64,000 nucleotides of DNA from positions 8,593-72,592 of the forward strand of contig CAILJO010000082.1 of NCBI GenBank assembly GCA_903834635.1. The letters run 5' to 3'. A model generated the notes under the pieces. The model was not told the origin of the DNA, did no database searches, and saw nothing but the letters and a program-made list of their open reading frames with translations. How positions within the stretch are numbered: the stretch's first letter is position 1; every line of letters starts with the position of its first letter. Positions 21,229 through 31,716 of the stretch are shown here, piece by piece. The translations under genes and the position numbers were made by a program. The DNA is from an uncultured Micrococcales bacterium. GTDB taxonomy: Bacteria > Actinomycetota > Actinomycetes > Actinomycetales > Microbacteriaceae.

Positions 21229-21938
21229 CGAATGAGTACCGCTTGACAGTTTGTGCAAGTCGCGATTTCATCTCGCGGCGTTGCGATCACCTCTTCGTAG
21301 GCGGCTGACGTAAGAGCGATTCGGCAGGCATTGCAGTCGCGCCCGATTAGTTTGGCTGCCGCGATGCCTCGCGAGGCTTTACGAACGTAGAGTGCCGCCA
21401 GGTCTTCGTCTAGTCCGGCGAGTAACTTCGCATGCTCTGCCACCAAAAGCGCTAACCCCGACTGGAGTTTGATCAATTCGCTTGCAGACTCTTGTTCAGC
21501 AGACTGAACGGTTGCAGCAGCCTCACTTCTCGTTGCCGATAGAGCCTGAAGTTCGGTACTGGCATTCTCTTTTCGTTCAAGAATTTCCAACTCAACGTCT
21601 TCTAGGTTCGAGAGTCTAGATTTCAGGCTGACAAGCTCATGCTGGATGCCTTCGGCATCTTTGTGACTCGAAGAAGACTTCAGGCGGTCGTTGTCTTGCG
21701 AGATGCGCTTCTCGACGAGTTCGATGTCGTTTTCTGAGCGACGGAGCTCAGTCTCGATGTTATCTAGCTCGGTTCTTGCCTGCAAAAGACGCTCGCTGGA
21801 ATGAATGAGAACCTGGCGAAGCTCGGCGATGAGTTTTCCGTCGCGAATGTCCTCAATCTTTGACTCTGTAGCAGAGATTTGCTGATCGAGTTCAGCCAGC
21901 CTGAGCACTTGTTCTTGCTGCGTCGCGCTAGCCTTCAT
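21225..21938 (-). CDS. Coiled-coil protein with C4 zinc ribbon (DUF164-like)
   Basis: Long coiled coil then CNAC...CTNC; standard position between nif3 and the RNase H fusion. Confidence 0.88.
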   Translation of the reverse strand: MKASATQQEQVLRLAELDQQISATESKIEDIRDGKLIAELRQVLIHSSERLLQARTELDNIETELRRSENDIELVEKRISQDNDRLKSSSSHKDAEGIQHELVSLKSRLSNLEDVELEILERKENASTELQALSATRSEAAATVQSAEQESASELIKLQSGLALLVAEHAKLLAGLDEDLAALYVRKASRGIAAAKLIGRDCNACRIALTSAAYEEVIATPRDEIATCTNCQAVLIR

Positions 21939-22761
21939 CGTTCTCCCTATTGATAACAAATGACCATGGATCGGTCACTACTTCACTAACCATAAACTCT
22001 ATTTCGCCGTGCGCCTGCTCTAACTGGCGCTTTGCCTGGTCTAACCAAAGCGATTCCGCGGCCCAGTGTGAAATATCTATGAGGGCCATTGGCTGGCCGC
22101 TTGTCATTTTTTGTGATGCATCCAAAGTCGGGTGGTGTCTCAAGTCAGAGGTAATAAAAGCGTCCGCGCCCGCTTGAGCGGCAATTTCGATGAATGCGTC
22201 ACCGGCTCCCCCAACTAGGGCTATTTTTTTTACAAGTAATTCGGGATGCCCTGCCGCGGCGACTCCGCGAGCAGTGAACGGCAAAAGCTCGACCAGTTGC
22301 ATGGTCAGGTCTTGCAAAGTCATTTCTCTTGCCAGTGAGCCGATTCGACCATGCCCTCTGTTCTGACCCGTTTCTAAGAGAGGAACCACATTTTCTAGTT
22401 TCAACTGCTGAGCGATTGTGTCACTAACACCGTTAGCCACGACGTCGGCGTTGGTATGAGCCGAGAACAGCGAAATGCCATCCCTGATCGCCCTTGCGAC
22501 AACGGGGTGTTTTACTCCATCCCAAGGCAGGGTTTGCCCAGCTCTCAAAAGAAATGGATGATGGCTGAGTACTAGGTTGGCGCCTCGGTGTCGTGCTTCA
22601 GCCAGAACAAGTGTCGAGACATCAACGGTAATTAACACCTTTGAGACGGCTGAGTCGTGGCTGACTGAAAACCCTGGAGCATCCCATGAGTCGGCAAAGG
22701 CCTTTGGCCAAAGTTGCTCGAACGTCTTGCCTAACTCGCGAACGGTTAGCTTGGAAGTCAC
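21928..22761 (-). CDS. Nif3-like dinuclear metal centre protein
   Basis: SWDAPG, SHHP, AHTNAD, SDLRHH, SHWAAE. Confidence 0.92.
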   Translation of the reverse strand: MTSKLTVRELGKTFEQLWPKAFADSWDAPGFSVSHDSAVSKVLITVDVSTLVLAEARHRGANLVLSHHPFLLRAGQTLPWDGVKHPVVARAIRDGISLFSAHTNADVVANGVSDTIAQQLKLENVVPLLETGQNRGHGRIGSLAREMTLQDLTMQLVELLPFTARGVAAAGHPELLVKKIALVGGAGDAFIEIAAQAGADAFITSDLRHHPTLDASQKMTSGQPMALIDISHWAAESLWLDQAKRQLEQAHGEIEFMVSEVVTDPWSFVINRENDEG

Positions 22762-24809
22762 TGAGGCAGCTCCACGCCAGCAATTTCACTTCGACGTTCG
22801 TCGATTGCTGCAATTTCGAGTTCTTGTTTATGAATCTTGGGAATGCTAGTAACTAGAGTCCAAATAAACGCAATCACAAAAGCCCACACCGACCCGCTGA
22901 GGTTGTCGAAGAACAAGATGCTGTCAAGCGGCTTTGCAAGGAAACCAACAAGTGGAATGGATTCGATCTTAGATACGCCTAAACCAAACGCCACGCTGAC
23001 CAGGAACCCAAAAATTGCCACTATAGAAATGCGCTTGTAGAACGCATAACCCCGCTGAAGCGAAACCTCGTGGAATGGCAGATGGCGCAAAAGTCCCTCG
23101 CAGACAAAGATTCCAAGCCAAGCAAAAACCGGCACCATAAGCGCAATCAGAAGCTCGCCAAGAAATGGGAACCAGTCAGTTTGCCAACTTACCAATGTGA
23201 GCAAAATGACTGCCAAGCCAAAGGTGATCGCAATCTGCACCCAACGATTTGCAACAAAAAGTGCAGCCAATGGTCTGGACGCAAAATCTAGAAGAAGCGT
23301 GGTCAGAACAATTGTGAATATCACAGAAGCAACTAGAAGCAGTTGGGCTAACCACAATGGGAGGCTCAAGAAATAGATTGAGAATGCCGAAAGCTCGAAA
23401 GTCAAATGACCGGTGCCTTCGAAAATCACAGCAAATCCAAAAGCGAGAGCTAGAGGCAGGACAAATGACCCGACCACGTTGATGGTCACAGCTGAAGTTT
23501 TTTCATTTGATTGACCAGAAGGTGTTCTGTCATACCCGCTAAGCGAGAGCATCGCAAGAAGGGTGAACACCCCAATTAGCAGCATTTGAGAAACATCGAG
23601 CGATCCAAACTCAGGTAGGGCTGCACCTGAGGAGCATGCACTGACGACGATCGCTATTGCTGAAACCGCTGAGATGCCGAAAATCCATGACTTTGCCTTC
23701 GATGGCAAAAGGGCAGCAATCAGAGCTATGACCAAAACGCCAAGCCCAAATACACCGGACCAAATAATCGCAACTGGCGAAATGGCGGAAGCACTAGGGG
23801 CTCCAGCAACGGTGGGCAAGAACACGAAAATAGCAGTTGCCAATGCCACCACGAGCGCAACGACGCGAAAGCCGAAAATAAAGACGGTTGGAACTATGTT
23901 TGCAAAGACTCCAAAACTCGCCCGACTCAGAACAACACTGTCTTTCGAACCTTTTCTGAGGATGCTGTCAAAAAGGGTTTGAAAGCCTAGGTTGAGGGCA
24001 AATGCCGATCCGGTTCCTACCAAAATAGTTGCAAGGCTGGCCTGATGGGTTGCCGCCCAAAATGCCGCGAAAGAAGGAACGGCTATACCCGCAATATTCA
24101 GTTGAGACCAAAGCCGAGTCCAGTCAAAATATTTCCTCGCCCGTTGCGACTTGGCTTTTCCCTTTTTAGTGACATCGGCTGCTATTTCTTCGGAAGCAAA
24201 GGCACCGACGGGTTCATGTTCGGATTCCTCGAGTGCCGTGGCATCTTCGTCCGCTGAAAATTCGCTGTTCACTTGCTCGACAATCTGACCCAAAACACCA
24301 GTGACCGAAAAGTCATCCTGGTTCGGCAACGTAATGGCATCAGTCGCCTCAGGGGCTCCAAGGGCCAGCAACTCATCAAAAGCAGCTTCTTGGCTAACTG
24401 GTGCTGGAATCGGAACAGGGATGATGGGGGCTTCCTCAACTTCGACAATTGAAGGTTCGGCCGATTCAGGTTGCGACGCGGCAACGCTTTGCTGATTTGG
24501 AGTCGCAGGGTCAACTGGTGATTCTGTTGGTGCGGCTTGAAGATTTTCAGAAGATTTTGAGAAACGTGGATTTGCCAAAAGAAAGGCCTGCAGGGCCGAA
24601 TGGGCCTCCTCGGCAGGATTATTCTCCATGTCGCTAATCCAAGCGGTGGCGGCAGTATCGTCTTCGCTTCGCAACTGCGATTCTTGCTCTAGAAGAATCA
24701 TGGCCGCAATCATGCCGTCAGATTGAGCCTTGGCGGTGGCGAGGGCTTGTTCCAACTCCCAGTCGCTCATCGACTTGGGTACAGGTGGGTTCCAATCGGC
24801 ATTGTCCAT
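22758..24809 (-). CDS. Multi-pass membrane protein, purine-cytosine permease (NCS1)-like, with long acidic N-terminal extension
   Basis: About 12 hydrophobic segments after residue ~235, VLSRASFG motif reminiscent of NCS1; N-terminal ~220 aa rich in D/E/P/A; TAGTAT 6 nt before the ATG. Confidence 0.6.
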   Translation of the reverse strand: MDNADWNPPVPKSMSDWELEQALATAKAQSDGMIAAMILLEQESQLRSEDDTAATAWISDMENNPAEEAHSALQAFLLANPRFSKSSENLQAAPTESPVDPATPNQQSVAASQPESAEPSIVEVEEAPIIPVPIPAPVSQEAAFDELLALGAPEATDAITLPNQDDFSVTGVLGQIVEQVNSEFSADEDATALEESEHEPVGAFASEEIAADVTKKGKAKSQRARKYFDWTRLWSQLNIAGIAVPSFAAFWAATHQASLATILVGTGSAFALNLGFQTLFDSILRKGSKDSVVLSRASFGVFANIVPTVFIFGFRVVALVVALATAIFVFLPTVAGAPSASAISPVAIIWSGVFGLGVLVIALIAALLPSKAKSWIFGISAVSAIAIVVSACSSGAALPEFGSLDVSQMLLIGVFTLLAMLSLSGYDRTPSGQSNEKTSAVTINVVGSFVLPLALAFGFAVIFEGTGHLTFELSAFSIYFLSLPLWLAQLLLVASVIFTIVLTTLLLDFASRPLAALFVANRWVQIAITFGLAVILLTLVSWQTDWFPFLGELLIALMVPVFAWLGIFVCEGLLRHLPFHEVSLQRGYAFYKRISIVAIFGFLVSVAFGLGVSKIESIPLVGFLAKPLDSILFFDNLSGSVWAFVIAFIWTLVTSIPKIHKQELEIAAIDERRSEIAGVELPQ

Positions 24810-24835
24810 ACCGAAATACTACTTTGTGTGCGACT

Positions 24836-24870
24836 GAAAACCCCGACAGTCAGATGACCAAGACTGTGGG
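24836..24870 (-). terminator. Hairpin and U-tract directly after tRNA-Val
   Basis: Transcript reads CCCACAGTC-N10-GACTGTCGGGG-TTTTC. Confidence 0.5.
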
Positions 24871-24939
24871 CCCTACCGGGCTCGAACCGATGACATCCAC
24901 GGTGTAAGCGTGGCGCTCTACCAACTGAGCTAAAGGCCC
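24867..24939 (-). tRNA. tRNA-Val(TAC), CCA not encoded
   Basis: GGGCCTTTAGCTCAGTTGGTAGAGCG-CCACG-CTTACAC-CGTGG...GGTTCGAGCC...GGGCCCA cloverleaf. Confidence 0.97.
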
Positions 24940-24995
24940 GCGAGACAGAAACTGCCTGCGACTCATAAACAATAGCGCATTTGAGCGCCTCTTGC

Positions 24996-25454
24996 TTAAA
25001 GTGTGGCCAGAGCCTTGCTGTACTCATCGAGGGAACGAGCCTGGCCAGGTGCCGTGATGAACTTGGCGACCAGGTCACCATCCTTGTTGATCACAAAAGT
25101 AGCTCGGTTTGAAATACCTGCTTCTTCGATGAACACCCCGTATGACTTGGCTACTGCACCGTGTGGCCAGAAGTCGGCAAGCACGTTGAATTCGTAACCT
25201 TCAGACTCAGCAAACTTCTTCTGCACAAACTTGCTGTCAACGCTAATTGCCAAAAGCTCGACGTCAGCCGAAGCGAATTGGGCGAAGTTATCGCGAAGTT
25301 CGCAAAGTTCTCCGGTGCAAATACCTGAGAAAGACAGTGGGTAGAAAACGATGACAACGTTCTTCTTGCCCCTGAAGTCACTTAGCTTCACATCAGCTCC
25401 GAATTGATTTACCAGAGTGAAGTCTGGAGCAGAATCTCCGATGATTAGTGACAT
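24996..25454 (-). CDS. Peroxiredoxin (AhpE-like)
   Basis: APDFTL, FYPLSFSGICTGELC, LADFWPHG, RATFVI. Confidence 0.92.
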   Translation of the reverse strand: MSLIIGDSAPDFTLVNQFGADVKLSDFRGKKNVVIVFYPLSFSGICTGELCELRDNFAQFASADVELLAISVDSKFVQKKFAESEGYEFNVLADFWPHGAVAKSYGVFIEEAGISNRATFVINKDGDLVAKFITAPGQARSLDEYSKALATL

Positions 25455-25589
25455 TTTGGTCCTTTCAAAAAAGTCTTGGAATGAGAACTCCAACACGCTT
25501 AGTCAAGATTAACTTCCCCGAGACGAATAAACTCTTTAGAGGCTTTACCAAAGCCTCACGAAATTCTTTGTCCTCCCCCACGAAAGGGA

Positions 25590-28322
25590 ATGCCAGTGTC
25601 TCTCAACAACAACGATCCTTACTCTGTGAATAAACCAGACCAGGACCCCGAAGAGACATCTGAGTGGCTCGAGTCGCTCGATGCCGTTGCCAAAGTTCAA
25701 GGACGCGAACGCGCCCGCGAAATCATGCAAAACCTTTTGCGTCGCGCACACGAACTTCAACTCAACGTTCCGATGGTTCAGACCACCGACTACATAAACA
25801 CAATCCCAACCGAATCGGAACCGGAATTTCCGGGGGACGAAGCGATTGAACGCACCTACCGCGCATGGATGCGCTGGAACGCCGCAATGCTTGTTCACCG
25901 AGCGCAGCGCCCCGGAATCGGTGTCGGCGGGCACATCTCAACGTTTGCATCATCGGCGTCACTTTATGAAGTGGGCTTCAACCACTTTTTCAAAGGGCAA
26001 GACCACATTTCTGGCGGTGACCAGATTTTTATCCAAGGCCACGCATCACCAGGTCCTTACTCGCGTGCTTTCTTGGAAGGTCGCCTAAGCGCTGACCAGC
26101 TTGACGGCTTCAGACAGGAGCGTTCACACGCTGGTGGCGGTCTGTCTTCTTACCCTCACCCTCGCTTGATGCCTGATTTCTGGCAGTTCCCAACAGTTTC
26201 GATGGGTATCGGTCCAATAAATGCGATTTATCAGGCGCAGTTCAACCGTTACCTGACTGGCCGTGGATTCAAAGATGCCTCGCAGCAGCACGTTTGGGCT
26301 TTCTTGGGCGATGGAGAACTGGACGAAGTCGAATCACGTGGTGCGCTTCAACTGGCAGCCAATGATGGTCTGGATAACCTCACGTTTGTCGTCAACTGCA
26401 ACCTGCAGCGCCTGGACGGACCGGTTCGCGGCAATGGCAAGATCGTCCAAGAACTCGAATCTTTCTTTAGAGGCGCTGGCTGGAACGTTATCAAGGTCAT
26501 CTGGGGTCGCGAGTGGGATGACCTGCTTCGTCGAGACACCGAAGGAGCGCTCGTCGACTTGATGAACAACACTCCTGATGGTGACTTCCAGACCTACAAG
26601 ACCGAAGACGGCGCATTTGTTCGCGAAAACTTCTTTGGCAGAGACCCTCGAACTGCGGCACTAGTCGCCGACATGACAGATGAACAGGTTTGGGGACTAA
26701 AGCGCGGTGGACACGACTATCGCAAGGTTTATGCGGCATACAAAGCTGCTCTAGAGCACAAGGGGCAGCCAACTGTCATCTTGGCCAAGACAATCAAGGG
26801 CTACGGCCTTGGCAAGTCATTTGAGGGTCGAAACGCAACTCACCAAATGAAGAAACTCACCTTGGAAAACCTAAAGGCATTCCGCGACGAAATGCGCATC
26901 CCAATTTCAGACGCAGTGCTAGAAGAGAACCCATACCAACCACCGTATTTCCACCCAGGACAAGACGCTCCTGAGATTCAGTACATGCACGAACGTCGCC
27001 GCGAGCTTGGCGGATACCTTCCGGAACGACGTTCAAAATATGTCTCGTTCTCATTGCCTGAGGACAAGGTCTATGACATCGCCAAGGCCGGTTCAGGCAA
27101 CCAAGAAGTCGCCACCACAATGGCCTTCGTCCGCTTGATGAAAGACCTTCTGCGCGCGCCAGACTTTGGTCAGCGCATTGTGCCGATCATCCCAGACGAG
27201 GCCCGTACCTTCGGTATGGACGCCTTCTTCCCGACGGCCAAAATTTATAACCCGAAGGGCCAGCACTACATCTCGGTTGACCGAGACCTGTTGTTGTCTT
27301 ACAAGGAGTCGGAAGCCGGGCAGATTCTTCACACCGGCATCAACGAAGCAGGTTCGATTGCAGCGTTCACGGCAGCAGCTACCTCGTACGCGACTCAGGG
27401 TCAGCCGATGATTCCGATGTATGTCTTCTATTCCATGTTCGGATTCCAGCGCACCGCAGACAGTATTTGGGCGGCTGCAGACCAGATGAGCCGTGGTTTC
27501 ATGATCGGCGCAACTGCCGGAAGAACCACGCTAACTGGTGAGGGACTTCAGCACGCAGATGGCCACTCGCCAGTCTTGGCATCCACCAACGCGGCGGTCA
27601 TTTCGTACGACCCTGCTTACGGGTATGAAATCGGTCACATCGTTCGATCTGGAATTGAGCGCATGTATGGCGGAAACCATCCAGACCCGAACGTAATTTA
27701 TTACTTGACCGTTTACAACGAGCCTTATGTGCAACCGGCGCAACCAGAAAACGTTGATGTCGATGGAATCATCCGTGGCATTCACAAACTGAGCACCAAT
27801 GATGCCCAGGGGCACAAGGCAAACATCTTGGCATCGGGAGTTGCCGTTCCATGGGCCTATGAGGCACAAAAGTTGTTGCAAGACGACTGGGGAGTTTCGG
27901 CCGATGTTTGGTCTGTAACTTCTTGGACCGAGCTTCGTCGCGACGGTCTGGCACATGATGAAGCCGTGTTCCTGAGCCCTGGAGTCAACTTCCAAAAGCC
28001 CTATGTAACACAGAAGCTTGAGTCTTCGGTTGGGCCTTACTTGGGTGTCAGCGACTACATGCACGCTGTTCCAGACATGATTCGACCATGGGTGCCGGGC
28101 GACTACGCCACACTTGGAGCCGAAGGTTTTGGTTTTAGTGACACCCGCGCAGCCGCACGACGTGCCTTCAAGATCGACGGGCCATCGATTGTGGTTCGAG
28201 TCTTGGAACAGCTCGTTGCTCGCGGTGAGATGGATCCGAATGCTCCAGCTCAAGCTATCGAGCGTTACCGACTTCACGATGTAACCGCTGGAACCAGTGG
28301 CTCAGCCGGTGGCGAAGCCTAA
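25590..28322 (+). CDS. aceE: Pyruvate dehydrogenase E1, homodimeric type
   Basis: [29 protein letters not shown]...N TPP motif, GEGLQHADG. Confidence 0.98.
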   Translation: MPVSLNNNDPYSVNKPDQDPEETSEWLESLDAVAKVQGRERAREIMQNLLRRAHELQLNVPMVQTTDYINTIPTESEPEFPGDEAIERTYRAWMRWNAAMLVHRAQRPGIGVGGHISTFASSASLYEVGFNHFFKGQDHISGGDQIFIQGHASPGPYSRAFLEGRLSADQLDGFRQERSHAGGGLSSYPHPRLMPDFWQFPTVSMGIGPINAIYQAQFNRYLTGRGFKDASQQHVWAFLGDGELDEVESRGALQLAANDGLDNLTFVVNCNLQRLDGPVRGNGKIVQELESFFRGAGWNVIKVIWGREWDDLLRRDTEGALVDLMNNTPDGDFQTYKTEDGAFVRENFFGRDPRTAALVADMTDEQVWGLKRGGHDYRKVYAAYKAALEHKGQPTVILAKTIKGYGLGKSFEGRNATHQMKKLTLENLKAFRDEMRIPISDAVLEENPYQPPYFHPGQDAPEIQYMHERRRELGGYLPERRSKYVSFSLPEDKVYDIAKAGSGNQEVATTMAFVRLMKDLLRAPDFGQRIVPIIPDEARTFGMDAFFPTAKIYNPKGQHYISVDRDLLLSYKESEAGQILHTGINEAGSIAAFTAAATSYATQGQPMIPMYVFYSMFGFQRTADSIWAAADQMSRGFMIGATAGRTTLTGEGLQHADGHSPVLASTNAAVISYDPAYGYEIGHIVRSGIERMYGGNHPDPNVIYYLTVYNEPYVQPAQPENVDVDGIIRGIHKLSTNDAQGHKANILASGVAVPWAYEAQKLLQDDWGVSADVWSVTSWTELRRDGLAHDEAVFLSPGVNFQKPYVTQKLESSVGPYLGVSDYMHAVPDMIRPWVPGDYATLGAEGFGFSDTRAAARRAFKIDGPSIVVRVLEQLVARGEMDPNAPAQAIERYRLHDVTAGTSGSAGGEA

Positions 28323-29493
28323 AACCGCAACCCTTGACTGGTTGCGCTCAATCTCGGGAGAGTTAGCCACAGCAACGCTAAAGCGTCTGGACGAAACTCT
28401 TCCTTGGTACCGAGACATGCCTCCTGCGCGCAGGTCGGCAGTCGGATTGGTGGCGCAGGCAGGAATCCAGTCTTTTGTGGCCTGGTTCGAAGATCCAAAG
28501 TCTCAGCCGTGGGTTGCTGCCGACGTCTTTGGCATCGCTCCGCGTGAGCTACTTCGTTCGATTTCACTTCAAGAGACGCTTCAACTTATTCGAGTTGTTG
28601 TTCAAGTGGTAGAAGAGCGCGTAGTAGCAGAAGACTCATCTATGCGAGAGGCCGTTCTACTTTATTCTCGCGAGATTGCTTTTTCGGCCGCCGATGTTTA
28701 TGCCAAAGCGGCAGAGGCCCGCGGGCTATGGGACGCACGACTCGAAGCGCTGGTCGTCGATTCAATAATTTCGGGCGAACAAGAGGAAGAACTGTCGTCG
28801 AGAATTGCTGCATTGGGCTGGCGCGCTCAAGGCGCAGTTGCTGTGATCATCGGCCCGAGCCAAACTCCTTTTGACCAGGATGCCTTGCGCAGAACCGCGC
28901 GTAAGCATCATTGTGACGTTCTGGTAGGTGTTCAAGGAAACCGGGTACTGGTTGTTATTGGAAGAGTTCCTTCAACCGAAGAACTGGAGTCGAACAATGT
29001 CCGCTACTTTGACGTACTTCAAGATTTTGAACAATTTTTCGGACCAGGCACTGTAGTTCTAGGTCCAGAGGTATCCTCGATTGCTGCTGGAAATGTATCT
29101 GCCAAAGCGGCTCTCTCAGCTTTCTCTGTCATACGCTCACTAAGTAAGCCTCCGCGCATTATTGCGGCGGACGAACTGCTAGCCGAGCGTGCCCTGGCAG
29201 GCGACAGCTTGGCTAAAGCTTCACTTGTTGACAAGGTTTATCGACCTCTTTCAAAGCACTCCCCCGAGTTGCTTCAGACACTTGTGAGTTACCTAGACAA
29301 CGGGCGTTCACTTGAACAGACCGCGAGAGACATGTTTGTTCACTCGAACACGGTGCGGTACCGACTCAAGCGCATTTCAGAGATTCTTGGCTGGGACCCA
29401 ACCGGTGCAAGAGAGGCATTTGTGCTTCAGGTCGCCGTGGTTCTAGGGTCGATGTCCAGCTCTATAAACAGGCAGAAAGGTAAACTTGAATAA
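28297..29493 (+). CDS. fasR: PucR-family regulator of fatty acid synthesis (FasR-like)
   Basis: [15 protein letters not shown]-terminal [14 protein letters not shown]; immediately upstream of fabD. Confidence 0.85.
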   Translation: MAQPVAKPKTATLDWLRSISGELATATLKRLDETLPWYRDMPPARRSAVGLVAQAGIQSFVAWFEDPKSQPWVAADVFGIAPRELLRSISLQETLQLIRVVVQVVEERVVAEDSSMREAVLLYSREIAFSAADVYAKAAEARGLWDARLEALVVDSIISGEQEEELSSRIAALGWRAQGAVAVIIGPSQTPFDQDALRRTARKHHCDVLVGVQGNRVLVVIGRVPSTEELESNNVRYFDVLQDFEQFFGPGTVVLGPEVSSIAAGNVSAKAALSAFSVIRSLSKPPRIIAADELLAERALAGDSLAKASLVDKVYRPLSKHSPELLQTLVSYLDNGRSLEQTARDMFVHSNTVRYRLKRISEILGWDPTGAREAFVLQVAVVLGSMSSSINRQKGKLE

Positions 29494-30398
29494 TGCTGAT
29501 AGTTGCCTGCCCTGGACAGGGTTCACAGACTCCTGGTTTTCTTTCGCCTTGGCTTGAAATTCCAAGCTTTGCCACCCGAATCGCCGAAATGTCCGAGGCA
29601 ATCTCGGTAGATCTTGCAAAGCACGGCACCGCAAGCGACGCCGACACGATTCGCGACACGGCAATCGCTCAGCCCCTCATTGTCGCTGCAAGCATTGCCA
29701 CAGCGCTCGAACTCGGACACGGCTTCGCCGGAACTGCTGGACACTCGGTTGGCGAGGTGGCGGCAGCTGCCGTTGCCGGGATTCTTTCGCCTGAGCAGGC
29801 CATCAAACTTGTAAAGAAGCGCGGCGACGAAATGGCTTCAGCCGCAGCAATCGAGAAGACCAGCATGGCTGCAGTCTTGGGCGGTGACGAACAAACTGTT
29901 CTAGCCCGCCTAGTCGAGCTCGGTTTGCATCCGGCAAACTTCAACGGCAGCGGGCAAATCGTTGCTGCTGGCTCAGCCGATGGTATTGCAGCTTTAGTTG
30001 CAGAGGGTCCAGCAGGTTCAAGGGTTATTCCACTTCAAGTTGCCGGCGCCTTTCACACCGATTACATGCAACCGGCAGTGGCTGCCTTGGCTGAATATGC
30101 CGCCGAAGTTTCTGCGAGCAATCCAACATCCCGTATTTGGTCAAATCAACGCGGTCAAGAAGTAACTTCAGGTCAGGAGTTCTTGGAGCTGATCGTTGGC
30201 CAAGTTGCAAACCCGGTTCGCTGGGATTTGACCATGCAATCACTGGTTAGCGCCGGAACCACAGCTCTGATTGAAGTGGCGCCAGCCGGAACTCTGACCG
30301 GTCTCGCCAAACGATCGATGCCAGGCGTCGAACTCCTCGCTCTAAAAAACCCAGACCAACTAGACGCAGCCAAAGAACTTCTTAAGAACCACGCCTAA
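29493..30398 (+). CDS. fabD: Malonyl-CoA:ACP transacylase
   Basis: PGQGSQ, GHSVGE, AGAFH. Confidence 0.96.
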   Translation: MLIVACPGQGSQTPGFLSPWLEIPSFATRIAEMSEAISVDLAKHGTASDADTIRDTAIAQPLIVAASIATALELGHGFAGTAGHSVGEVAAAAVAGILSPEQAIKLVKKRGDEMASAAAIEKTSMAAVLGGDEQTVLARLVELGLHPANFNGSGQIVAAGSADGIAALVAEGPAGSRVIPLQVAGAFHTDYMQPAVAALAEYAAEVSASNPTSRIWSNQRGQEVTSGQEFLELIVGQVANPVRWDLTMQSLVSAGTTALIEVAPAGTLTGLAKRSMPGVELLALKNPDQLDAAKELLKNHA

Positions 30399-30411
30399 GC
30401 AAAGAGGAATC

Positions 30412-31416
30412 ATGACCAAGCCAACACTCAAGCAATATGAACTCAATAAGTTCTCTCGCATCTATTCGCTTGGTGCGGCTCGCGGCGAACTCATTGTCAC
30501 CAACGATGACGTTGCCGGTCCGATCGACTCGAGCGACGAGTGGATTCGCCAGCGCACCGGAATCATCACGCGTCGTCGTGCCGGCAAAGACACCAGCATG
30601 ATGGACCTAGCCGTTGCCGCCGCAAACGAGGCTATATCCAACGCAAAGATTGACCCTAAAGAAATCGGCGCCGTAGTTTTTAGCACTATCACTCACCCAT
30701 ACCTGACTCCATCGGCTGCTACATTGCTGGCCGAAAAGGTTGGCGCAAACCCGGCCGCAGCCTATGACGTTTCGGCGGCTTGCGCCGGATACTGCTACGG
30801 CATTGCCCAGGCCGACGCGCTTGTGCGTTCTGGAGTAGCGAAGTTTGTGTTGGTCGTCGCCGCTGAAAAGCTGAGCGACATCATCGACCCAACCGACCGC
30901 AGCATCTCGTTTTTGCTTGGCGACGGTGCAGGCGCAGCCATCGTAGGCCCCTCAGACGAACCTGGCATCAGCCCGACCGTTTGGGGTTCGGATGGCTCAC
31001 ACTGGGATGCCGTCAGCATGACTGGAAGCCTGCTGGAATTCAGAGATGGCACAACCGATTGGCCAACCCTTCGCCAGGAAGGCCAGACCGTTTTTCGTTG
31101 GGCAGTTTGGGAAATGGCGAAAGTTGCCAAGAAGGCGCTAGAGGTAGCGGGAATCGAAGCGAAAGATTTGTCAGCGCTGGTAACCCACCAGGCCAACATT
31201 CGCATCATCGACGAAATGGTGAAGCAACTCGAGCTGCCCGAAACGGTAGCCGTGGCTAGAGACATTATCAACACAGGCAACACCAGTGCAGCCAGTGTTC
31301 CGCTTGCAATGCACGAACTTCTTCGCACGGGCGAGGTGAAATCGGGTGGGTACGCACTTGAAATTGGTTTCGGCGCAGGTCTTGCCTTCGCCGCTCAAGT
31401 GGTCGTTCTGCCCTAA
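30412..31416 (+). CDS. fabH: Beta-ketoacyl-ACP synthase III
   Basis: AACAG, HQAN, GNTSAAS catalytic triad motifs. Confidence 0.97.
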   Translation: MTKPTLKQYELNKFSRIYSLGAARGELIVTNDDVAGPIDSSDEWIRQRTGIITRRRAGKDTSMMDLAVAAANEAISNAKIDPKEIGAVVFSTITHPYLTPSAATLLAEKVGANPAAAYDVSAACAGYCYGIAQADALVRSGVAKFVLVVAAEKLSDIIDPTDRSISFLLGDGAGAAIVGPSDEPGISPTVWGSDGSHWDAVSMTGSLLEFRDGTTDWPTLRQEGQTVFRWAVWEMAKVAKKALEVAGIEAKDLSALVTHQANIRIIDEMVKQLELPETVAVARDIINTGNTSAASVPLAMHELLRTGEVKSGGYALEIGFGAGLAFAAQVVVLP

Positions 31417-31452
31417 AATCAATACTGGTAATTCAACAAAAGGAGAAACCCC

Positions 31453-31698
31453 ATGGCACTATCGCAGGCAGACGTTCTTGCAGGTCTTGCAGAGATCGTC
31501 AACGAAGAGACCGGCATCGCCGCTTCAGACGTTCAGCTGGACAAGCACTTCACCAACGACCTAGACATCGACTCGATTTCGATGATGACCATCGTTGTGA
31601 ACTGCGAAGACAAGTTTGGCGTGAAGATTCCTGACGAAGAGGTAAAGAACCTCGAGACTGTTGGCGACGCCGTCAACTTCATCGTTAGCGCTTCCTAG
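31453..31698 (+). CDS. acpP: Acyl carrier protein
   Basis: 81 aa acidic protein with DLDIDSISM; SD AAGGAG. Confidence 0.96.
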   Translation: MALSQADVLAGLAEIVNEETGIAASDVQLDKHFTNDLDIDSISMMTIVVNCEDKFGVKIPDEEVKNLETVGDAVNFIVSAS

Positions 31699-31716
31699 TC
31701 GAAAACCAGTCTCTAG

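Noticed and set aside
27531..28277. 248-aa antisense ORF inside aceE (likewise 4478-5062 in dlaT, 30795-31328 in fabH, 14303-14812 in glnA2)
   Set aside because: Shadow ORFs of strongly codon-biased genes; no motifs or initiation signals
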